Notes under the pieces: generated by a model
What the model saw: the letters and a program-made list of their open reading frames with translations, nothing else
Databases searched by the model: none
Told to the model about the DNA's origin: nothing
Position numbers and translations under genes: made by a program
Origin: Candidatus Freyarchaeum deiterrae
GTDB taxonomy: Archaea > Asgardarchaeota > Jordiarchaeia > Jordiarchaeales > Jordiarchaeaceae
Assembly (NCBI GenBank): GCA_037305845.1
Contig: CP147778.1
Coordinates: 2,496,001-2,560,000 of the forward strand
Direction of reading: 5' to 3'
DNA: 64,000 bases
Part shown: in pieces, positions 57,386 through 64,000 of the stretch
Position numbering within the stretch: the stretch's first letter is position 1
How the letters are laid out: each line of letters opens with the position of its first letter

Positions 57386-58228
57386 ATGAATATGGAAAAA
57401 ATGGTTCACGGACAATTCATAACCATAGCGCTATTCGATCCACCGGAGGGACTCGACACTTTCAAATTCGTCCATGAGGTGGAAGCCTTCTGCGGTTTCG
57501 TAGACGCCATTATGGTTCCTGACTCAACTAATGAATACATCCACATGAGCCCGATTATACCCAGTATGCTTCTTGCTCAGTGTAATGTGGAACCAATTAT
57601 GGAAATCGCTTATGGGAGCAGAAGTGAAAAAGCAGTTTTTTCCGATGTCCTAGCCGCATTAACTGCTGGAGTCCGAAACATAGTATTCGTTGCAAAAAGT
57701 GATGATGAAGTATACGCTGAAAAAAACATTCTTGAGGTCATAAAAGAGGTCCGAAAAATGGTAGATGAACTGGACTTCGAGGACCCAGACTACGAACTAG
57801 ATCTCAAGATTGGTTTATCAATTAACCCCCTAACCGAAGAAAGGGTCGACTTCAAAGAAGCCAAAGAATCAGGAGTAGACTTCATAATCGCACTCGAAAC
57901 CTACGACCCCGCCCTCATATTCGACATTCTCCATCGAGCTAAAGAAGCAGGACTATACACGATAATGAAGGTTGGAGTATTCACTTCTGTAAACCAAGCC
58001 AAATTCGCACACAAATTCATACCTGAACTATCGGTCCCCGAAGAACTCCTAGACAAACTAAGTAATGCTGAAGACCAATTAGAAACTGGTGTCGAATACG
58101 CAAGAGAGCACATAAAAACATTAATGGAACTGGGTGCCGACGGAGTATGTCTTATGCCCATCAAAGAAACCAAAGCTTACGAGATACTCCACAATACTCT
58201 AAATATTAGCGCCAAAAATATCGAATGA
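57386..58228 (+). CDS. divergent methylenetetrahydrofolate reductase (MetF)-like protein
   Basis: DPPEG, VDAIMVPD, MSP, EPIMEI, GVRNI, GVDFII, VPEELLDKL, GADGVCLM; canonical RD/GD/TQ motifs altered. Confidence 0.7.
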   Translation: MNMEKMVHGQFITIALFDPPEGLDTFKFVHEVEAFCGFVDAIMVPDSTNEYIHMSPIIPSMLLAQCNVEPIMEIAYGSRSEKAVFSDVLAALTAGVRNIVFVAKSDDEVYAEKNILEVIKEVRKMVDELDFEDPDYELDLKIGLSINPLTEERVDFKEAKESGVDFIIALETYDPALIFDILHRAKEAGLYTIMKVGVFTSVNQAKFAHKFIPELSVPEELLDKLSNAEDQLETGVEYAREHIKTLMELGADGVCLMPIKETKAYEILHNTLNISAKNIE

Positions 58229-58681
58229 AATCAAATTTTCCCCTTTTTTTAACATTTTTTAAAAAATCCACTGACAGGTATCTAAATTCTTCCCACAAAT
58301 TTTCCTAAAAACGGAATTATTAATCTGAAATATGCCATTTTTTGTTATTTTTCCGTTTTTTATTACCAAAATCGAAAATCACTACTCATATCAATTCATT
58401 TTATCCCGATTTTAGGAAAAAATAATGCCTAAACCTCCCTTTTTTTATACATTTTCGTGATAATTTGTTGGTTTAAGGAAAAAATTCTATGAAAAATGAT
58501 TGTTTAGGAAGCTTCTCTTCCGTTTTTGATTACTTTTACCCATTTAAAACTATTACTTATTAACTATTTAGCGGTTTTATTTTCCTAATTTTCGTATTTT
58601 TATTTCCTAATACGTGACATTTACTTTATAAGTAAAGTTATTGCTAAAGTAACATAAGATAATGAAGGAGGTAGAGTTAAA

Positions 58682-58993
58682 ATGATGTCATTCTCGAAGG
58701 AAAAACTGGCTGCTGTTGAGCTAGCTGAGCTCGTAAGCAGAATAGATACGGAAGTTAGAGAGGATCTAGTAGAGGATCTAGTAGAAACCTGCCTAGAAAC
58801 TAAAAACGCTGAAACCATGCCCCCAGAATACGCTAGAGGCGTCCTACACTTGTGGAGGAATGGAAAGCTGGAATCAAACAACGGCTTGAAAGTACTCCTA
58901 AAAGCTACTCTGAGTGTGGAACCAGAAAAAACCGCAGAAGTTTTTGAGAAATACGGATGCAAAGAAATGGCTGATTACATAAGAAGCCCCTAA
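58682..58993 (+). CDS. small helical hypothetical protein
   Basis: ggaggt SD; 103-aa all-helical ORF. Confidence 0.65.
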   Translation: MMSFSKEKLAAVELAELVSRIDTEVREDLVEDLVETCLETKNAETMPPEYARGVLHLWRNGKLESNNGLKVLLKATLSVEPEKTAEVFEKYGCKEMADYIRSP

Positions 58994-59070
58994 ATCTCTC
59001 TCACCCCTTTTCAAGCTAACTTTTTAAAATTAAATTTTAGAACTTAAAAAAAATTAAGGGAGAATTAAAA

Positions 59071-60066
59071 ATGGTAAAACTGGGAATTGAGCTTGTACCC
59101 CAACAGAGGATTGACAAAATTGTGGAGTACATAAAAAAAGCCGAAGAACAAAATTTCGACTTCGCGTGGATCACTGACCACTACAACAATCGCAACACTT
59201 ATGTCACTCTAACTATGGCCGCGTTGAATACAACAAAAATTAAAATTGGAACCGGGGTAACAAATCCCTTTCTGGTAAATCCGGCAGTGACCGCCTCAGC
59301 CATAGCCTCTATACATGAGGTCTCGAATGGGAGGGCAATTCTGGGAATTGGAGCAGGAGACTCCACAACCCTGAAACAATTAGGCGTGGAATGGAAAAAA
59401 CCATTATCAGCTGTCCAAGAAACTATAACCATAGTTAAAAAATTGTGGGCAGGGGAATCAGTCCATTGTGAAGGTGAAGTATTCAACATCAAAAGCGCAC
59501 GATTAAACTTCAAAAACAAGTTAGGACCAATCCCAATTTATGTCGGCGCTCAAGGACCCAAAATGCTATCCATGGCCGTCGAATTGGGAGACGGAGCATT
59601 AATAAACGCTTCTCACCCCGTGGACATCGAACCAGCCACTACACAAATAAAAGAAGCGATAAAAGCGAAAGGTGACTCCCACAATTTCGACATCGCCGCC
59701 TACACCAGCTTTTCACTCGCAGACACCGAAGAAGAAGCTAAAAAACTAGCAGCACCAGTAGTAGCTTTCATAGTAGCAGCAACACCCGCAATCGTACTCG
59801 AAAGACACGAAATATCGGAGGAAAACGCAAACAAAATAAGAGAACTACTAGGACAGGGAAAAATCCCCCAAGCGTTCGCCGCGGTAACGGAAGATATGAT
59901 AGACGCCTTCTCAATCTGTGGAACAAAAGAAACCTGCACGGAAAAAATGATTGACCTCAAAGAAATAGGAGTATCACAAATCGTAGTCGGATCACCTATT
60001 GCGGAAGACAAAAATAAAGCCATTAAAACAATTGGAACCGAAATCTTACCCAACCTGAACCAATAA
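59071..60066 (+). CDS. mer: F420-dependent methylene-H4MPT reductase
   Basis: WITDHYNNR, GTGVTNP, LGIGAGD, GAQGPKML, LINAS, VGSPI. Confidence 0.92.
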   Translation: MVKLGIELVPQQRIDKIVEYIKKAEEQNFDFAWITDHYNNRNTYVTLTMAALNTTKIKIGTGVTNPFLVNPAVTASAIASIHEVSNGRAILGIGAGDSTTLKQLGVEWKKPLSAVQETITIVKKLWAGESVHCEGEVFNIKSARLNFKNKLGPIPIYVGAQGPKMLSMAVELGDGALINASHPVDIEPATTQIKEAIKAKGDSHNFDIAAYTSFSLADTEEEAKKLAAPVVAFIVAATPAIVLERHEISEENANKIRELLGQGKIPQAFAAVTEDMIDAFSICGTKETCTEKMIDLKEIGVSQIVVGSPIAEDKNKAIKTIGTEILPNLNQ

Positions 60067-60369
60067 ATTTTTTTAAACCAACCCACCCCCCATCCAATAT
60101 ATTAATGGTTACACGCCTCATTTTCAAAAAAACTCCGTATAATTCTACTTTTAACAGAAAATGAATTCCAAGGTTAAGTTAATCCGAAAATAACTCTCTC
60201 GGATAGAGCTATTTTAAAACCTATTTTAAAAACCGCTTTCCTATTTATAATATACTGCTTAAGCTTACAATCTTTAAACATACAGTCAAAAATATATACC
60301 CCTTCATAGTCGTAAACACGGGCAAAAACATTAAGCCCCACGCCTAAAAAAAGGAGGCTTGTAACAGGA

Positions 60370-61014
60370 ATGATAATTACCAAGGTTAAAAACGACGAAG
60401 AACTCAAAGCAGCTATAGAACCATTCAACAAGCTAGCAATTGTAGGATGCGGAACCTGCGCTACTTTGTGCCAGACAGGTGGCGAAGACCAGGTTAAAGC
60501 CATGGTTCAGAAGCTAACGGACATGGGCAAGCAAGTTACTGCTTCCATAGTTATCGAGAGCCCCTGCGACATGAGAATTGATAAGCGTGACTTGAAGAGA
60601 ATAGGAGACCAAGTGAGTGATGCTGATGCTCTTCTCGTGATGTCGTGTGGAGTTGGAGTCCAAGTCGTAGGAGACGCCACTGACAAAATCGCCCTAGCCG
60701 CATTAGACACCATGTTCATAGGCGAGGTCGAGCGAATCGGTAAATTCTACGAGATGTGCAGAGCCTGCGGATCCTGTATACTAAATGAAACCGGAGGAGT
60801 CTGTCCGATAACCCGGTGTGCAAAACACTTACTCAACGGACCTTGCGGCGGTATGCGTGAAGGAAAATGTGAGGTCGGAACTGACAAAGACTGCGCATGG
60901 GTACTCATCTACAATAAGCTCAAAGAGCAGGGTAGAGGCGAACTTTTCGTAAAGTTCAGAGAACCCCGAGACTACAGCGTAAAAGCTGGACCAATCGAAG
61001 TCATATGGAAGTAG
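60370..61014 (+). CDS. metV: MetV (MTHFR-associated Fe-S/Zn subunit)
   Basis: GCGTCATLCQTGG, SCGVGVQ, CRACGSCIL..TGGVCPITRCAK.LLNGPCGG..GKCEV..CAW. Confidence 0.88.
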   Translation: MIITKVKNDEELKAAIEPFNKLAIVGCGTCATLCQTGGEDQVKAMVQKLTDMGKQVTASIVIESPCDMRIDKRDLKRIGDQVSDADALLVMSCGVGVQVVGDATDKIALAALDTMFIGEVERIGKFYEMCRACGSCILNETGGVCPITRCAKHLLNGPCGGMREGKCEVGTDKDCAWVLIYNKLKEQGRGELFVKFREPRDYSVKAGPIEVIWK

Positions 61015-61032
61015 AAAGGAGGCTAAAAAAAG

Positions 61033-61956
61033 ATGACAGCAATAACTGAAGTGTATAGCGATCTTGGAAAGAGCCTTAAGGCCGGCAAATGGACCTGGAC
61101 TGGAGAAATAGAACCCGGAAAAACCACTGACCTAGAAGAAGTAATTAGCACCGCTAAACTGCTCGCAGGGCAGGTGGTGGCAGCTAACGTCACAGACAAC
61201 CCACAATCATTCGGCTGCATGAACAGCCTAGTCCCATCACACCTCATCCAGGAGGAAGCTGGACTAGAAGCCATATGGCAAGTGACTTGCCGAGACAGAA
61301 ACCGCCTCGGACTATTATCCGACATACTCGCAGCAGGCCACTTAAAAATTAAAAACATACTCGCACTAACCGGTGACCACACCGCCTCAGGAGACAACCC
61401 ACAATCCATGCCAGTATTCGACATAGATTCCGCCCAACTCGTCTACATGATTAAGAAAATCATGGACGGCAAAGACTTAGCTGGAAACGAAATCAAAAAT
61501 CCTCCAAAATTCCACATAGGAGTCGCGGGTGCGCCAGGAGCGGACCCCTTCGAGCCAGAAATCCTTAAAATCGAACGCAAAATCAACGTGGGTGGAGAAT
61601 TCATCCAAACTCAAGTAGTCTTCGATATGGAAGTAGCAAAGAAATTCTTAGAAGCAGTCAAATATCTTAATGTACCTACACTGATAGGGATTTGCCCATT
61701 GAAATCTTACAAGATGGCAAAATGGATGGACGAGTTCTGCCCAGGAATTTTTGTCCCTCCAGAAATTTTGGGTGCCTTGCAGAAGATTCAAGACGCTCCC
61801 AAAGAGGAGCGACGAGAGAAGACTGACAAATGGAATCTTGACTTTTTCGAGGACTGGATAAAAGAGCTCAAGAACACAACCAGCGCAGCGGGATGCCACA
61901 TAATGGCTGTGGGCTTCGAGTACATCGTTGCAAGTATAGTTAAAATGATAAAATAA
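61033..61956 (+). CDS. metF: methylenetetrahydrofolate reductase
   Basis: TGEIEP, NVTDNP, TCRDRNR, LALTGDH, VFDIDS, FIQTQ, HIMA. Confidence 0.9.
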   Translation: MTAITEVYSDLGKSLKAGKWTWTGEIEPGKTTDLEEVISTAKLLAGQVVAANVTDNPQSFGCMNSLVPSHLIQEEAGLEAIWQVTCRDRNRLGLLSDILAAGHLKIKNILALTGDHTASGDNPQSMPVFDIDSAQLVYMIKKIMDGKDLAGNEIKNPPKFHIGVAGAPGADPFEPEILKIERKINVGGEFIQTQVVFDMEVAKKFLEAVKYLNVPTLIGICPLKSYKMAKWMDEFCPGIFVPPEILGALQKIQDAPKEERREKTDKWNLDFFEDWIKELKNTTSAAGCHIMAVGFEYIVASIVKMIK

Positions 61957-62068
61957 ACTTCCTCCCCTTTTTCAACCTTTATTATTCTACTTTTTTATTA
62001 CCAACAATAAAAACTATCACTGAAACCTAACAAGCGACTGGACATAATTTTTTTCAGTCGCTCTCTAT

Positions 62069-62806
62069 TTATTTCTGGTTTAGAAAATCTGAGAGTTTGG
62101 CTATTTTTTCGATCCCTTTTGTATACATTGGTGATTTTATTAGTGGGGTAATCCCTGTTCCCGTTACTATCGATGGGGCTGACTTGTACACCGGGTTTGG
62201 CGTCCACTGGGGTCCTTTTTTTGTTTTTATGAGATAATAAGCCGCACCCCTAGTGTTTTCGATTGGTTCGTAGATTGATTCAAACTTGTTTGAGACCCAG
62301 TTTGCCATAACTAGCGTTTCTAGTCCCTTATTTATTGTTATGTGCCCGTGCAGGGGAGGCGATACCCAGAGCCCGCCGCTCTTTGTTTCCGTCGCCGTGA
62401 AAACCTCTACTCTGAGAGGATCTTCATCACTCCTTTTTTGTGAGACGTAAGTTGCGGTTCCCCGGAATACACCGTATATTTCAGGGTAAAGAGCCGGGTG
62501 ATAGTGCCCCGAGGTTTTTCCATACTCATCTCCCAGCATAAAGGCCTTCATTACGGTTATGTCGAACCGCACAAAGTACTCTGCAACAAGGGATCTGTGC
62601 TCTTGGAGAGCAACGTCCCTGTACATCCAATAAGCAATCTCCTGCGCATCAACTTCTAGGTCTTGGTTTCTGGCTACCTTGGAGAGCTCGCCTAGGGTTC
62701 TAACGCTTGGTTCAGGAAGCTCCAATTCCATCGAATCCGAACTCAGCATATTTGTTTTTACGTCAAAATTTACGGGAAGCCCCAAAACTTTCTCTAAACT
62801 AATCAT
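62069..62806 (-). CDS. cupin-type glucose-6-phosphate isomerase
   Basis: YWMYRDV, RFDIT, KTSGHYH, YPEIY, PPLHGHITIN, GAAYY. Confidence 0.88.
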   Translation of the reverse strand: MISLEKVLGLPVNFDVKTNMLSSDSMELELPEPSVRTLGELSKVARNQDLEVDAQEIAYWMYRDVALQEHRSLVAEYFVRFDITVMKAFMLGDEYGKTSGHYHPALYPEIYGVFRGTATYVSQKRSDEDPLRVEVFTATETKSGGLWVSPPLHGHITINKGLETLVMANWVSNKFESIYEPIENTRGAAYYLIKTKKGPQWTPNPVYKSAPSIVTGTGITPLIKSPMYTKGIEKIAKLSDFLNQK

Positions 62807-62888
62807 CCCTTACTACCCCTACCTGTTTATTATATTATTGTTGGTTTTTAAGTTGTTGTCCGGTTTTGGTTGGTTTTTCTAAAAAGCG

Positions 62889-63296
62889 TTACTCGATTTT
62901 TTGTAGGCTTTCTTCCATGTTTTTTAGGGCATCTTTAGCTCTCTCCGTTTTTCCGTCTTTTTCCAGTCTCTCTGCATATTTTTTGTAGAGGTCTGCCGCC
63001 TTCTGGTAGCATTCTTTCATTTTATCTTCGCTTCCTGCTTGCTCGTAGCATTTTCCAGCCCTTTTGAAGTTATCCGCGCTCGTACCCAGAAAGTCCTGTG
63101 CAACTAAATTTTCTCCCACTTTTTCAAAGCAGTCTGCCGCCTTTAAGAAACTCTCTTTGGCCTTTTCTTTGTTTCCTGCGTCAAGGTAGCAGGCTCCTGC
63201 CCACTCGAAATCGTCACCAGCTTCAGCTAAATCATTTTTTTCCAAGCTATTTTCTGCCTTTTGATAGGCTTTATCTGCCTCCTTTTTAAGACTCAA
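62889..63296 (-). CDS. alpha-SNAP-like helical repeat protein
   Basis: EAGDDFEWAGACY...A..SFLKAADCF...ADNFKRAGKCY pattern typical of the SNAP N-terminus. Confidence 0.6.
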   Translation of the reverse strand: MSLKKEADKAYQKAENSLEKNDLAEAGDDFEWAGACYLDAGNKEKAKESFLKAADCFEKVGENLVAQDFLGTSADNFKRAGKCYEQAGSEDKMKECYQKAADLYKKYAERLEKDGKTERAKDALKNMEESLQKIE

Positions 63297-63431
63297 GATG
63301 TAACCCCCTGTAACAGAAGTAATAATAATATTAGAGCTTCAAATATATGAAATTATTCGATTTTCAATTCTCCCTTCTCCCCCAGTAAAATAATAAATAG
63401 ACAGGTTAGGAGAAAACGGCTGATGGTAGTT

Positions 63432-64000
63432 TTACTCTGTTTCTTCATCGACCCAGGAGAATTTTTTTTGGAGGGTTTTGGGGTAGTAGTTTTTCCAATC
63501 GTAGTCTACTTTTTTACCCCATTCGTAGTACACTCTGGGATCAATGTAGCTTTTGAGCGAGGTTGTGAGGTTATAGTTTTTGGTTTCCTTCATGCTTTCG
63601 ATCTGAACCTCTAATTCCTTCACCTTTTCCAGAGATTTTTCAGTTTTCTTTTCTTTCAGTTTTATAAGGCGTTCCTTCTTCTTTTCCAGCGAGCTCTGGA
63701 AGCCTTTTGACACCTGCTTTTTATGGTTGCAGATTTCAGCGGCTTTGAGGTTAGCCACTCTGGCGGTGTTTTTCTTAACATAGTCTGGGTCATCCTTCGC
63801 GGTTTTAGAGCCGTATAGTTCGCTCTCTACCACTTGGGTAGCGTGATAAGTTCTGAAGACTTTGGCGCTCAACCCGGGCATAACCTCGTAAAGAAACTGG
63901 CTAACGTTACTCGACCTAACCCCCTCAAAAATTGCTGATTTCGCTTCCGAAATAAACTCCTGAAGATTTTTAATCACCTCGGGCGGAAGAGTAACCTCTT
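63432..64000 (-). CDS. eukaryote-like DNA topoisomerase IB, C-terminal part (truncated by window edge)
   Basis: LSAKVFRTYHAT, CNHKK, TSLKSYIDPR (catalytic Tyr), KKFSW; frame open to the window end. Confidence 0.92.
   Translation of the reverse strand, partial: EVTLPPEVIKNLQEFISEAKSAIFEGVRSSNVSQFLYEVMPGLSAKVFRTYHATQVVESELYGSKTAKDDPDYVKKNTARVANLKAAEICNHKKQVSKGFQSSLEKKKERLIKLKEKKTEKSLEKVKELEVQIESMKETKNYNLTTSLKSYIDPRVYYEWGKKVDYDWKNYYPKTLQKKFSWVDEETE

Overview
Archaeal chromosomal window, most likely an anaerobic Asgard archaeon (Jordarchaeia/Freyarchaeia-like). This is an inference from eukaryote-type topoisomerase IB, an MglA/MglB-roadblock pair, an alpha-SNAP-like protein, a GIFT-domain protein, tetraether synthase and mer/metVF/hdrA-mvhD; Bathyarchaeia cannot be fully excluded. 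Positions 1-21 kb hold mixed housekeeping genes (ino1, a CdrS-like RHH missed by the ORF track, tes, SAMP and UbaA, FrhB-like, GH15, ADP-ribosylglycohydrolase, mgtA), a solo TnpB, a proline-rich coiled-coil protein resembling actin-regulator architecture, and a candidate structured ncRNA. The standout is a ~25 kb divergent locus (21.5-47 kb). Its left arm encodes an HTH protein, a Hel308-SWIM helicase, RadB-like, FEN1-like, TPR, MglB/MglA, membrane proteins and a large wHTH regulator. Its right arm encodes a divergent RadA paralog, a secreted pseudo-M28 surface protein, and a membrane protein apparently joined by a -1 frameshift cassette (SD-like + U_UUU_UUC + hairpin) to a degenerate HerA/VirB4-type ATPase. 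A convergent paralogous surface protein starts at CTG. The arms share a 16-bp promoter motif and repeated TGTAA-N15-TTACA boxes, suggesting a co-regulated cell-contact/DNA-exchange and recombination system. Positions 47-64 kb hold energy and C1 metabolism genes (FwdF-like, HdrA-MvhD, mer, metV/metF), a transposase-less TIR/TSD element carrying a VapBC-type pair, pgi, SNAP-like and a partial topoisomerase IB. No rRNA, tRNA or CRISPR array was recognised. All family calls are by motif recognition only.
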